In this document: positions 38,441 to 48,146 of the stretch, one piece after another
How the letters are laid out: each line of letters begins with the position of its first letter
Position numbering within the stretch: the stretch's first letter is position 1
IMG/VR virus record: IMGVR_UViG_3300050821_005575
Coordinates: 6,981-70,980 of that record
Length of the DNA: 64,000 nucleotides
From: a virus
Direction: 5' to 3' (one strand)
The notes under the pieces: generated by a model
The model's database searches: none
What the model was told of the DNA's origin: nothing
The model's input: only the letters and a program-made list of their open reading frames with translations
Made by a program: the position numbers and the translations under genes

Positions 38441-39291
38441 ACGACGTCATTCTGTCCCTAACTCCGACCGGCATGGTCCCGACGAAGGCGATGACGCAGT
38501 ACGTTCCGATCGATCCGCCGGAGATCGTCGACGACGTTCTGGCCTGCCACGCGACCGGCATCACGTCGGTCCACCTGCACGCTAGACGTGTTGACGGCAC
38601 ACCGACGCATCGTGCAGATGTCTATGGCCGGATCATCGAGGGGATCCGCCGGGCAGCTCCGGAGATCGTCATCTGCGTCTCGCTGTCAGGTCGGGTCGTC
38701 CGGGATCTCGCTCAGCGCGCCGAGCCGCTGACCCTGCTCGGTGACCTGAAGCCTGACATGGGCTCCCTGACGCTCTCGTCGATGAATTTCCCGGGTCAAC
38801 CGTCCGTCAACGAGCCCGCGGTCATCCAGGGGCTCGCCGAGGAGATGCTCCGACGCGGTGTCGTCCCGGAGCTAGAGATCTTCGATCTCGGAATGGTCAA
38901 CTACGCGCACTATCTGTACGAAAAAGGACTCCTGAAGAAGCCTCTGTACGCGAACATCTTCCTGGGCGGGATCGCCGGGGCTCAGCTAGACCTCGTCCAC
39001 GCCGGGATCCTCCTGAAGGACCTGCCGCAGCTGACCTACTGGTCCTTCGGCGGCCTCGGTGACGCGCAGCTCGGCGCGAACGTCCTAGCCCTGACGATGG
39101 GCGGCGGCGTCCGGGTCGGCCTTGAAGATTCGATCTGGTCGGACCCGTCCAGAACGACGCTGGCGACGAACCTCGACCTCGTCGAGCGGATCCACCGGCT
39201 AGCCGGAATGCTCGGCCGGAAGGTCATGAAGCCGCTGGACTTCCGGATCCTGATGGGCATGGAGATCGCGAAGGGGAGGTACGGGCGATGA
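38437..39291 (+). CDS. Beta-keto acid cleavage enzyme (BKACE/Kce, DUF849)
   Basis: PTG..VHLHAR..PDMGSL..S.NF..PELEIFD.G..GGGVRVGLED. Confidence 0.9.
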   Translation: MNDVILSLTPTGMVPTKAMTQYVPIDPPEIVDDVLACHATGITSVHLHARRVDGTPTHRADVYGRIIEGIRRAAPEIVICVSLSGRVVRDLAQRAEPLTLLGDLKPDMGSLTLSSMNFPGQPSVNEPAVIQGLAEEMLRRGVVPELEIFDLGMVNYAHYLYEKGLLKKPLYANIFLGGIAGAQLDLVHAGILLKDLPQLTYWSFGGLGDAQLGANVLALTMGGGVRVGLEDSIWSDPSRTTLATNLDLVERIHRLAGMLGRKVMKPLDFRILMGMEIAKGRYGR

Positions 39292-39956
39292 CTCGACCGT
39301 TCGTCATGTTCGGCTTCTCGCACCTGTTCGGCGACATCGTCGACTGTATCGAGTCGGTCGACGGACAGCTCGACCGCGTCTACCTGAACGTCCCGGAGAC
39401 CTTCGAGAAGCCGGGACGCGCTTCGCTCTCTCAGAGGATCTCGCGGCTCGGTTATCACGTCACCGTCGAAAACATAATTAGCTTCCGGAGGGTCCACCCA
39501 AGCGAAAGCTACGTCATCGGATTCTCCCGGAGTCAGGCAGATGAGCTTATCCGGCACTTGGAGGTTGGACTCGGACCGTGCAATCCGCTAACCCACAAGT
39601 CGGCGATCCTTCAGATGGGAGCTTCTCTCGGTCCATGGTCGATCGTTAACGCAGGGGCGATTCTCGGCTCCTGGAGCAAGTTCGGCCGCCACGTCATCGT
39701 GAACCGCGGCGCGAATGTCGGACACGACGCCATCGTTGGAGACCACTGCTTCATCGCTCCTGCCGCAGTCCTCTGCAGCCACGTCGTCCTGGACGAGGAC
39801 GTCTTTGTCGGCGCGAACGCGACGATCCTGCCGGACGTCCACGTCGGTGCCGGGGCGACGGTCGCCGCTGGCGCTGTCGTCCTCGAGGACGTCCCGGCGC
39901 ACACGATGGTTGCCGGGGTCCCTGCGGTCGTCAAGAATGCTCCGATCGGTGCCTGA
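39288..39956 (+). CDS. NeuD/PglD-like sugar O-acetyltransferase
   Basis: Hexapeptide repeats, VGHD, VAGVPA. Confidence 0.88.
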   Translation: MTRPFVMFGFSHLFGDIVDCIESVDGQLDRVYLNVPETFEKPGRASLSQRISRLGYHVTVENIISFRRVHPSESYVIGFSRSQADELIRHLEVGLGPCNPLTHKSAILQMGASLGPWSIVNAGAILGSWSKFGRHVIVNRGANVGHDAIVGDHCFIAPAAVLCSHVVLDEDVFVGANATILPDVHVGAGATVAAGAVVLEDVPAHTMVAGVPAVVKNAPIGA

Positions 39957-40175
39957 TGCTGATCGCGATTCTCTGCGACGCCGGTCCTGACCTCGACGGG
40001 TCCGAACGACGGGTCACGATCCTGATCGATGCGGAGGGGAACCGCCACGAGACTCGCATCGGCTGGCCGGATGTCGGCGACGTCAGTATCTGCTGGGGGC
40101 CGATCCTGCTTATCACGCGCGAGGAGTACATCCTGGAGTCTCACATCGCCTACGGAAGCGCCTAGAGGAGGAATC

Positions 40176-40370
40176 ATGCTGAAGGAACTGTTCACGCACA
40201 TCGACGCCTTCGTGACGAAGTACGGCGGCTCGACGCCGGACAAGATGAGGGCCGACCTCCTGGAGCTCATCCAGAAGGCCTCCGACCACGGCGCCGATAA
40301 GAACCAAGGGAACGTTGCCGGGATCGCCGTCAAGGCGATCAAGGCGCTGTTCGGCAAGAAGGAGGACTGA
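40176..40370 (+). CDS. Hypothetical protein
   Basis: GAGGAGG RBS. Confidence 0.55.
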   Translation: MLKELFTHIDAFVTKYGGSTPDKMRADLLELIQKASDHGADKNQGNVAGIAVKAIKALFGKKED

Positions 40371-40479
40371 CCGTGACGGGCGAGCTGGCGCCGTTCGTCC
40401 ACGTCGCGATCGGCTTCGCGCTCGGGATCTTCACATGGTCGATCCTGTGCGGGGGACGACGGCGCCGAAGGAGGGGGCT

Positions 40480-40965
40480 ATGAAGACACTGGACGCAGAT
40501 GAAGTTACCGAGGAGACTGCACACCGGGAGCGGAAGTGGGGGCTCCTGCAGGCGCGGACCATCTCCGATGGCGGTCAGACCGTCTACATGAAGCGCCTGA
40601 CGATCCTGCTGACGCCGTGGTTCTCGATCAAGCTCCATCGGATCTACCGGCCGGACAAGGATCGTGACCTCCACGATCACCCCTGGACGTTCTTCTCGAT
40701 CCTTCTCTTGGGTCGGTACATCGAGGACACGGTCAACGGCCCGCGCTTCGTCAACTGGTGGAACTGGAAGCGCGCGGAGGGTCGACACTCGATCCTCGTG
40801 ACGACCCGGACGCCGGTCTGGACGCTCGTCTTCACCGGCCCGAAGCGGCGGGTCTGGGGTTTCTGGGTGGACGGAGGAACTCGGTTCGTCGACTGGGAGA
40901 CGTACGACACGCTGAAGGGACGTGGGGAGACCTCTTCGCTCCAGGATCAGACTAAGGTTTTATAA
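40480..40965 (+). CDS. Cupin-like phage protein
   Basis: LHRI...LHDHPW.F.S..L.G.Y.E...WTL...WGF. Confidence 0.7.
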   Translation: MKTLDADEVTEETAHRERKWGLLQARTISDGGQTVYMKRLTILLTPWFSIKLHRIYRPDKDRDLHDHPWTFFSILLLGRYIEDTVNGPRFVNWWNWKRAEGRHSILVTTRTPVWTLVFTGPKRRVWGFWVDGGTRFVDWETYDTLKGRGETSSLQDQTKVL

Positions 40966-40984
40966 TCTACGAACGGAGGCGAAG

Positions 40985-41305
40985 GTGAATCTACTCGAGG
41001 TCCAGTCGAAGCTCCCGTGGGGGATGAAGTACAGCGAGCTCTTCCAGAGGAATCCATGCATCCATAAGGACTTCCAGCACGCCCTCGTCCATGTTGCGAA
41101 GGCCTCCGGGAAGCTCTGGACGATGGTTGAAGCTGCAGATCATTCTATCGACGTACCGAACTTTCCGAAGGCTGAGGTCGAGAAGTATCTGGCCGACCTC
41201 GTGATCTGCGCACTGCGCATGGCGAATACGAACCCGAGCGGACTGATCGACCTTCAGGCTGCGGTCATCAACCGCCTGGAGACGAAGAACGGGGTGAAGC
41301 TGTGA
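40985..41305 (+). CDS. MazG-like helical protein (tentative)
   Basis: LADLVICALR motif; small all-alpha protein. Confidence 0.4.
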   Translation: MNLLEVQSKLPWGMKYSELFQRNPCIHKDFQHALVHVAKASGKLWTMVEAADHSIDVPNFPKAEVEKYLADLVICALRMANTNPSGLIDLQAAVINRLETKNGVKL

Positions 41306-41464
41306 AGGTTCACATCGCCGCGCTGGTCGACCTCAGCGCGAAGCGCGGAGGCTGGCCGTCGCATTCCAGTCTCGTCGGTCGATGCGGCCGGACTCGACCT
41401 CAGGAGACCACGACAAGACGGAGTCGAGCGACCTGTAAAGCTTGCTTAAAAGCGAAGGTCTAAG

Positions 41465-41689
41465 ATGGAAGACGCGATCAAGACCGTCTGCACGATCCTT
41501 GGAGCTCCGATCTGCACGTTTTTCTGGTGGGTTATCAGTCAGTCATTCCAGAAAACCCTCGTAAAGGACACCGGCTGGAAGTGGCTGAAGTACCCGTTCA
41601 TGATCGCAGACGGCGCGTACGCCGGACTGTGCGGCTACGCCTTCGCGACCGAACTGACGAGGCTTGGTCTTTTTATAGCTGCACACTAG
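41465..41689 (+). CDS. Small membrane protein
   Basis: Two hydrophobic segments; stop inside family A site 41681. Confidence 0.5.
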   Translation: MEDAIKTVCTILGAPICTFFWWVISQSFQKTLVKDTGWKWLKYPFMIADGAYAGLCGYAFATELTRLGLFIAAH

Positions 41690-41776
41690 AAATATAGTGT
41701 GCAGAATCCGAAACAGAAGCTATAATCCGTCCGGCAGTTGAGCGACTGCCGTGGTGGCATTGTGTTCTTTGGAAAT

Positions 41777-42070
41777 GGGCCCGAACAGGATTCGACCGGA
41801 ACCGCGGGGCCGGGTGTTGCGCGCCGTAGTTGGTCGCTTGGCTACGATAAAAGGCGACCAAACAACTAACTGGCAAGCGCCAGCTCCTCGCCGCGGCCTG
41901 ACCGCGACCGTCCGCTCTCGCTGACCTCCGATAGGCAGGGACGGACGTAAACAGGATCGGAGGACCCCTGGGCACACTGCTGTAGGTTGGCGGACCTAAA
42001 CCGCCTACGCGCGTAGAAGCCTCGGTTTCCGGCTCTAGGGACGGCGGTTCGATTCCGCCCGGGTCCACCA
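41777..42070 (+). ncRNA. ssrA: tmRNA
   Basis: 5' GGGCCCG..GGATTCGAC; 3' GGTTCGATTCC..CGGGTCCACCA; G3-U wobble in the acceptor stem; tag ORF 41872-41901 GKRQLLAAA* after TAACT; TATAAT at 41721. Confidence 0.93.
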
Positions 42071-42089
42071 TTTACAGGAAGGGAAGAGA

Positions 42090-42638
42090 ATGCATCCATC
42101 GGTCATCGACTTTCTTCGTCGAAACGTCCAGTCCAGCGACATCCTCGGGAAGAGCGTACTTGAAGTCGGCAGCTACAACGTCAACGGGAGCCCGCGCGAG
42201 GTCATCGAGCCGCTGCGGCCGGGCTCGTACATCGGCGTCGACGCGCAGTCCGGCCCGTGCGTCGACAAAGTCGTCGCGGCGGACGATCTCGTCAAGGAGT
42301 TCGGCGAGGAGCGCTTCGACGTCGTCGTCTCGACCGAAATGCTCGAGCACGTCCGCTACTGGCGCCGGATCGTCACGCAGATGAAGGCTGTCGTGAAGAT
42401 CGGCGGCCTGCTGGTCGTCACGACTCGTTCGCCGGGCTTCCCGTACCATGCTTATCCGGAGGATCACTGGCGCTTCACGAAGGATCACTTTCTGTCGATC
42501 TTTCAGGATATGGCGATCCTGGTCCTCGAGGATGACATTCCGAACATGCCGGGCGTCCTACTGAAGGCTCGACGTAAGCCTTGCCACCTCCTGACCGTCG
42601 AGGAGCTCGGTCCGATCACCCCCGGGAACTCGAGGTAA
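42090..42638 (+). CDS. Class I SAM-dependent methyltransferase
   Basis: VLEVGS.NVNG, FDVVVSTEMLEH, PYHAYPEDHWRF. Confidence 0.85.
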   Translation: MHPSVIDFLRRNVQSSDILGKSVLEVGSYNVNGSPREVIEPLRPGSYIGVDAQSGPCVDKVVAADDLVKEFGEERFDVVVSTEMLEHVRYWRRIVTQMKAVVKIGGLLVVTTRSPGFPYHAYPEDHWRFTKDHFLSIFQDMAILVLEDDIPNMPGVLLKARRKPCHLLTVEELGPITPGNSR

Positions 42639-42639
42639 C

Positions 42640-43425
42640 GTGAGTAAGAAACCGAAGAGCGACTACCGGATCCCGTCGGCCTGCTTCGTCTGCGGCGCAG
42701 ACTTCATGGGTCGCTACAACGTCGGCGATCGGGCGAAGGTCTGCACGCCGCCGGACCACGTCTGCAAGCGGAAGACCGTCAAGATCCCCGGCCGCCGGGA
42801 CAAGCTCATCACCTGCGTCGACGGCTGCTGCCGGTCGAAGTACGCGAAGGGCTCAACGGTCTCATCGTCGAACGCCGCGATCGACACGCGGAAGTACCTG
42901 AGCGAGGACGAGTACCAGAAGGTTATCGCTGCCAGCCGGAAGATCGACGATCCGGCCGGGATCACGATCCGGTTCATCCTAGAGACTGGCTGCCGATGCG
43001 GCGAGGCTCTGCTTGTCCGGAAGCGCTACATCGAGTGGAAGGACGGGCCGATCTCGACGATCCGGATGCCGACCCTGAAGAAGGCTGGGCACCCGCTTCT
43101 GCCGGTCGACCTCGACAACAAGTCCGACCTCGCGAAGGAGCTCCGGACCTGGACCCGGAAGATGTCCGACACGGATATGATCTTCCAGATCCCAAAACGG
43201 ACGCTCCAGAGCCTCTTCGAGCGGATCCTGGATAAGATCAAGACGGACCGCTTCGGCCTGATCCACATCCTCCGGCACACCCGCGCCAGCCGCCTGATCG
43301 AGGCTGGGATGGACTTCAACTACGTTCGCTCTCAGCTCCGCTGGTCGTCGATCGAGCTGGCGAAGATCTACGTCCACACGAAGGAGGAGAAGGTTGTCAG
43401 CGGATTCGAGAAGCTACGGAAATGA
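42640..43425 (+). CDS. Tyrosine recombinase with Cys-rich N-terminus
   Basis: ETGCRCGE (R), TLKK (K), HILRH (HxxR), LRW (H/W position), IYVH (Y). Confidence 0.9.
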   Translation: MSKKPKSDYRIPSACFVCGADFMGRYNVGDRAKVCTPPDHVCKRKTVKIPGRRDKLITCVDGCCRSKYAKGSTVSSSNAAIDTRKYLSEDEYQKVIAASRKIDDPAGITIRFILETGCRCGEALLVRKRYIEWKDGPISTIRMPTLKKAGHPLLPVDLDNKSDLAKELRTWTRKMSDTDMIFQIPKRTLQSLFERILDKIKTDRFGLIHILRHTRASRLIEAGMDFNYVRSQLRWSSIELAKIYVHTKEEKVVSGFEKLRK

Positions 43426-43769
43426 TACAGAAAGTAAAAGAGGAGTTCTGTTTTTCCTGCGAGGGGCTCCTCCTTACGCCGGACGAGAAGCTCGGTCCGT
43501 TCTGTAAGCTCTGCTTCCAGAAGACGAAGCGCCGAGACCCGCTCATGCGGGCTGCGATCCGCTCGTCCGCGGTCGTCGTCGTGCCGCTGGTCTGTCCGCA
43601 CGAGGAGCGGAAGCACGGCAACTGTCGCTTCAAGGAGCCGCGGTACTTCTCCGTGATCGTCCTCGACAAGCAGCTTGAGGCGACGAAGATCACGGGTCCT
43701 TACACGGAGCGCGGCGCCGAGCGCGAGGCGAAGCGGGTCCGCCGGGGGATCGACAGGAGGGGACGATGA
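43422..43769 (+). CDS. Zinc-finger hypothetical protein
   Basis: CFSC...CKLC; ATGA coupling to the recombinase. Confidence 0.55.
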   Translation: MIQKVKEEFCFSCEGLLLTPDEKLGPFCKLCFQKTKRRDPLMRAAIRSSAVVVVPLVCPHEERKHGNCRFKEPRYFSVIVLDKQLEATKITGPYTERGAEREAKRVRRGIDRRGR

Positions 43770-43996
43770 GACGGCTGGTCGGACGTATCTCGAAGTACGA
43801 CTGCGACCGCTGCGGGAAGAAGGAGTTCTGCCAGAGCACCGGCTTCGAGAAGCCGAGCGACGACTTGTCGGTAAATCGAGGCGCCTCGATCATGCTTCCG
43901 ATCGTCGAGGACGGCGAGCTCTCCTTCCAGACGAAGGATCTCTGCGGGGATTGCGTGACGTCGCTGTCGGACTGGATGAAGAAGAAGGAGGGTTAG
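43766..43996 (+). CDS. Zinc-finger hypothetical protein
   Basis: CDRCG...DLCGDC. Confidence 0.65.
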   Translation: MRRLVGRISKYDCDRCGKKEFCQSTGFEKPSDDLSVNRGASIMLPIVEDGELSFQTKDLCGDCVTSLSDWMKKKEG

Positions 43997-43997
43997 T

Positions 43998-44345
43998 ATG
44001 TTCCAGAAGAGTATCGAAGCGATCATCGCTCAGGGCGTCAAGGATCTCGAGGCCGTCGTGAAGCAGACACGTCAGGCGGCCGACGACGCGAAGATTCGAG
44101 TCTCGCAGTGCCAGTCCGAGATCCAGTCTCTCGTCAACCTTGCGAAGCAGGTCCCGGAGAAGGTATTTGACCGGTACTCGAACGTTCTGGTCGGGACGGT
44201 CAATCAGTACGGGGAGAGTCCTACCGGCCTGTATGCCTCGATTAGATTATCAACATCGGAGGCACAGCTTCAAGGGCTCATGGGTTCAGAAGATCTGAAG
44301 CGTGGTAAGTACCGCGTGATCGTACTCCTTGAGCAGATCTCGTAG
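43998..44345 (+). CDS. Hypothetical protein
   Basis: GGAGG RBS. Confidence 0.6.
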   Translation: MFQKSIEAIIAQGVKDLEAVVKQTRQAADDAKIRVSQCQSEIQSLVNLAKQVPEKVFDRYSNVLVGTVNQYGESPTGLYASIRLSTSEAQLQGLMGSEDLKRGKYRVIVLLEQIS

Positions 44346-44548
44346 ATGAAGATGAGCATCGGTCTTAGGGCTGGTCTGTCGTACGACACTACCTGCAATC
44401 GTCCAGGAGCAAAGCCGCCCATGCTGTACTACCTGCACGGCAAGGGTCGCTTCATTCGCTGCACCAGCCGTCTCTGGAAGACCGTAAATAAACGTGTCGT
44501 CGCTCAAGGTCGAGATCTCCCTGGTTTCTGTCATAAATAGGAGGCTCT

Positions 44549-44773
44549 ATGTTCTGGTTTCTCAGGAAGCTCTTCTGGTGGCCCCGCTGGACCTACTCGA
44601 TCGCCGTCGGCACCTCGCACGCGAGCGCTGAGGAGGCGAAGGCGAACGCGCTGATCCAGGCAGGGAAGATCGGCGGCGAGATCATAGGGATTGCAGCGGC
44701 CGACATGTGCTGCCAGAATGAGGCGGTCCCCGGGGGATGCGAGTGGGACGTCTACCTGCTCGTCCGGAACTAG
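44549..44773 (+). CDS. Hypothetical protein
   Basis: AGGAGG RBS. Confidence 0.5.
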   Translation: MFWFLRKLFWWPRWTYSIAVGTSHASAEEAKANALIQAGKIGGEIIGIAAADMCCQNEAVPGGCEWDVYLLVRN

Positions 44774-44794
44774 ACCGCCGACAGGGAGGAGACC

Positions 44795-45892
44795 ATGGAA
44801 TCCGAGATCATCACCGAGCTGGACGGGTCCGGGATCCGCTTCGTTGGGCTCAGGAACCCGTCTCCGTTCCTGGACAGGACCGTCACCAACCGGAACGAGG
44901 CATACGCAATGCTCGGTGGTCACACGCTCGACGTCGACATACGGGCTGGCAAGGATCCTGTCCTCGCGCTCACGCCGGAGCTCCGCTTTCAGTACATGAC
45001 CGAGGCGACGATCGACAAGCGGACCGGAATGCCTAAGGTCGTCCAGAAGAAGGGTGTCGCCAAGATCCAGCACTCCCACATGGACGAGTTCGTCCTGACG
45101 GCTCCGTCGCTCTTCACGGCGACCTCGAAGATGTCGGCGGCATCCTGGTCGGTCCCGGCAGGTCCGCCGTCGGTCGGCGGGGCCTGCGCCTCGGCCGAGC
45201 TCTACAAGAACACGTCGAAGTACAACGTCGCCCTCCAGCAGGGAGACGTCGAGCAGCGTCCGGCCTCGAAGCCGGAGTGGATCTGCAACTTCTGCTACGC
45301 CGGGAAGTCGAACTACATGCACCGGACCTCACAGTACTCCCAGACGGCCCGCCTGATCTGGCTGACCGGCATGGTCGATCATCTGGGCGTCGACGGCGCC
45401 GCGGAGAAAATGGCCGAGGCGCTGCGGGTCCACCAGGGCAACACGAAGAGGCGCGCGAAGGCCGGAGAGAATCCGAAGTTCTTCCGGATACACGACTCCG
45501 GAGACTTCCAGCTGTCGCCGAATACGTACCTGCTCTGGTGTCTCGTCGCCCGGGCGATGCCGGAGGTCAACTTCTGGGCGCCGACCCGCATGTGGACCTT
45601 CCCGAAGTTCAACGAGCTTGTCCGCGCGAACCCGCCGCCGGATAACATGTCGATCCGGCCGTCGGCCCTGCACTTCGGCGACATCGCGCCGGACCTGGAC
45701 GGCTTCGACCATGGGTCCTCAGCGCACTCGATCGAAGTCGATCCCGTCAAGGCCGGGAAGGCCGACTGGATCTGCCCGGCCTACCAGCACGACGGCCATA
45801 CGTGCGCGGGTGCTGGCGGCCCGAAGGGCGAGAAGGACTGCCGTGTCTGCTGGGTCCACGTCGACATGTCCGTTTCCTACAGGAGCCACTGA
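44795..45892 (+). CDS. GP88-like phage protein (Cys-cluster, radical-SAM-like)
   Basis: C..ICNFCYA.K, FFRIHDSGDF, FWAPTR, CPA..C..CRVCW. Confidence 0.75.
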   Translation: MESEIITELDGSGIRFVGLRNPSPFLDRTVTNRNEAYAMLGGHTLDVDIRAGKDPVLALTPELRFQYMTEATIDKRTGMPKVVQKKGVAKIQHSHMDEFVLTAPSLFTATSKMSAASWSVPAGPPSVGGACASAELYKNTSKYNVALQQGDVEQRPASKPEWICNFCYAGKSNYMHRTSQYSQTARLIWLTGMVDHLGVDGAAEKMAEALRVHQGNTKRRAKAGENPKFFRIHDSGDFQLSPNTYLLWCLVARAMPEVNFWAPTRMWTFPKFNELVRANPPPDNMSIRPSALHFGDIAPDLDGFDHGSSAHSIEVDPVKAGKADWICPAYQHDGHTCAGAGGPKGEKDCRVCWVHVDMSVSYRSH

Positions 45893-46155
45893 TGAACAAG
45901 CTGCAGGTCGAACTGGATCGCTTCCTGGGCGGTGCCCGCTCCAATCCGCCGGAGGCGAAGATGTACGAGTTCCTGGAGGTCCTGTCTGGGGACGGAAAGC
46001 TCTTCGACTACTCCGAGCAGGACTGGGTCGAGGCCGGTCGCTCCCAGGGCATGACCGACGACCAGATCGCGGCCTGGATCGAGACCGCGGCCTCCTGGCT
46101 CGACGACACGACCGACGAGGGGAAGTACGAGCCTGAGCTGGCGGCCTGGGCGTAG
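45892..46155 (+). CDS. Hypothetical acidic protein with RSNPP motif
   Basis: AGGAG RBS; TGATG coupling. Confidence 0.6.
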   Translation: MNKLQVELDRFLGGARSNPPEAKMYEFLEVLSGDGKLFDYSEQDWVEAGRSQGMTDDQIAAWIETAASWLDDTTDEGKYEPELAAWA

Positions 46156-46216
46156 CAGGCGGCGCCGGAGCGACTGCGCGGGAAGAGCGTAGTGGAAGTG
46201 TTTTAGGAGAAGAAGG

Positions 46217-46423
46217 ATGAGCGACGTCGACAACGGCGGTCAGGCTTTCCCAAGTGACAGCGATGAGTCTGGGTTCGCTGGAATGACACTTCGCGACTAC
46301 TTCGCCAGTCAGGTGATCTTAGGTTACCTGAGAGGCGAGCCGATCCACATTGCAGCGCAACGGGCCTATGCGGCGGCGGACGCCATGATCGCCGTTCGTA
46401 ACTTAAAGAAGGCTGCACAGTAA
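46217..46423 (+). CDS. Common small phage protein
   Basis: GGQAFP...GMTLRDYFA...AYAAADAMI motif; stop inside family A site 46415. Confidence 0.8.
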   Translation: MSDVDNGGQAFPSDSDESGFAGMTLRDYFASQVILGYLRGEPIHIAAQRAYAAADAMIAVRNLKKAAQ

Positions 46424-46444
46424 TCGGGTTGAGTGCAGAACAGC

Positions 46445-46473
46445 TTGACAGAGGTACGTTCAGTGTTTATACT
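46445..46473 (+). promoter_or_regulatory. Sigma70-type promoter
   Basis: TTGACA-N17-TATACT. Confidence 0.65.
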
Positions 46474-46603
46474 GAATGCTGTCCAAGGTGCTGTGCGATA
46501 TGAGTCCTACGAACTGCGGCGATGTCCTATCTCTCGTACTGCGCCTTGGACAGTTCAGCACGTCAATGGGACTCGCCGCAGCTCGAAGGGTTCGGAGGTT
46601 ATA

Positions 46604-47023
46604 ATGAAGGGTCTCCCTCCCGAAGGCCTCTGGATCTCCCCGGAAGGGAAGAAGATCCGCGTGGTCGAGCATCTCATCACGATCGCCCACTACCCTGAAA
46701 AGTTTGGCATCACGGATCGTCAGGTTGAAGGTAAGTCGATCTCGCAGCTACGTGAGATCGCCGACGATCTGATACGGGACGGTTGGGTCCGCTACCGGCA
46801 CTTTGGAGACTCGTACAATTTCGAGGTCGTGAACGCGAAACGGAAGATCGAGACGATCGAGGACGTGCTGACTCTCGTCGATGCGTACACGCTTGAGAAG
46901 GTGTACATCGCTCAGGCGGAGCCTCGTAAAGACTTCACCGGGACCGTCGAAGATGTCTTCGAGCGTCGGATCTTCGGATATCAGGAGAACCCGAAGAGGA
47001 AGAACCGCTGGCGGTTCACTTAA
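46604..47023 (+). CDS. Hypothetical protein
   Basis: GGAGG RBS; WISPEG..H..GWVR motif; C-terminal ENP. Confidence 0.65.
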   Translation: MKGLPPEGLWISPEGKKIRVVEHLITIAHYPEKFGITDRQVEGKSISQLREIADDLIRDGWVRYRHFGDSYNFEVVNAKRKIETIEDVLTLVDAYTLEKVYIAQAEPRKDFTGTVEDVFERRIFGYQENPKRKNRWRFT

Positions 47024-47060
47024 GCACACTAGACCTATTGAGTGCCAAGGGAGGATAGCT

Positions 47061-47333
47061 ATGAAAACGATCCTGACACAAGCCCAGAATGATGTTCTTG
47101 GTGATCTTGCGATCGAACTCCTAAGGAAGCTTGGGCCCCCGGAGGACAGGACAAAGCTCATCGTCATCGTCGATGCTTTCCGGATGGCCGTCGAGCCTCA
47201 GATCATCGAGATCCGGAAGCTCCGGGAGATCGCCAAGCACGCAGGGGCGCACGCCAGGGGTGATGAGGACGGCGCGAAACTGTACGAGCTTCTCGACGCC
47301 ACGCGCGACCCTGAGTTAATGTTTACCCGGTAG
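47061..47333 (+). CDS. Hypothetical protein bracketed by family A sites 47024 and 47338
   Basis: GGAGG RBS. Confidence 0.6.
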   Translation: MKTILTQAQNDVLGDLAIELLRKLGPPEDRTKLIVIVDAFRMAVEPQIIEIRKLREIAKHAGAHARGDEDGAKLYELLDATRDPELMFTR

Positions 47334-47378
47334 GGTGGCACAGAAGCCGAATTGAGTGCCACTGGGAACGAATTCCGC

Positions 47379-47406
47379 TTGACTTATTCTCATGCCATGA
47401 TACAAT
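47379..47406 (+). promoter_or_regulatory. Sigma70-type promoter with extended -10
   Basis: TTGACT-N16-TACAAT preceded by TGn. Confidence 0.6.
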
Positions 47407-47436
47407 GCTTTCATTGAATTGAGAAAAGGTGAAACA

Positions 47437-47658
47437 ATGAACTACGAAGAGATGGTCAAGGAGATCCGGGCGAGCGAGAACTTGGGGCGCGGGTCCTGCT
47501 CCTGGGTGGACGAATGCCTGACGGACGAGGAACTTACTAAGCAGCTCCGGGATCTTGTCGAGGGTGACCGGATCTGCCAGCCGATGAAGAAGCCGACCGC
47601 CGCCAAGGTGATCCGCGAACTGACCCGCATCAATCGGGCCGTGCTGGAGCGGATGTGA
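47437..47658 (+). CDS. Hypothetical protein
   Basis: AAAGG RBS; GRGSCSWVDEC. Confidence 0.55.
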   Translation: MNYEEMVKEIRASENLGRGSCSWVDECLTDEELTKQLRDLVEGDRICQPMKKPTAAKVIRELTRINRAVLERM

Positions 47659-48146
47659 AGACCGTCGTTTTCGTCGGGTGCGGGAAGGCTAAGCTGGACC
47701 GGAAGGCCCCGGCCAAAGATCTCTACACGTCCACCCTGTTCAAGAAGTGCCGTGCCTACGCGGAGCGGTACGGCGACGAGTGGGCCATCCTGTCCGCGAG
47801 GTATCGGCTTGTGATGCCAGATCAGGTAATTGAGCCATATGACGTCTGCCTGGACGACTACGACCGCGTTGGGCTTCAGGGCTGGGTCCACTTGACTCAA
47901 TACGAGATTGTGGCCCGGTGGCCCAGCGAAACGACCAAGTACGTCTGCCTCGGCGGGGCGCTCTACTCGCTGGCCTTCACGGGCTACCCACGGCACCTTC
48001 AGGTAGAGCTTCCGATGTGTCACCTTGGGATGGGTGAGCGTTTGCAATTCCTGACCCGTGAGAACGCGAGGGCTTGGAACGATGCGCGCAACGCAGAAAG
48101 CGTTCCAGGCGTTGCCCCTCGCGCTCTCAAGGGTGAGGTTTCATAG
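47655..48146 (+). CDS. DUF6884-like protein
   Basis: GCGKAK..PAKDLY.S.LF..WAILSA.Y..IEPYD. Confidence 0.7.
   Translation: MKTVVFVGCGKAKLDRKAPAKDLYTSTLFKKCRAYAERYGDEWAILSARYRLVMPDQVIEPYDVCLDDYDRVGLQGWVHLTQYEIVARWPSETTKYVCLGGALYSLAFTGYPRHLQVELPMCHLGMGERLQFLTRENARAWNDARNAESVPGVAPRALKGEVS

Noticed and set aside
42030-42070. Stand-alone tRNA gene
   Set aside because: The T-arm and CCA belong to the tmRNA; there is no anticodon arm.
41777-43425. Host chromosome-provirus junction at ssrA
   Set aside because: Viral-type small genes and family A sites occur on both sides; I saw no host housekeeping genes and no duplicated ssrA 3' end in the window.
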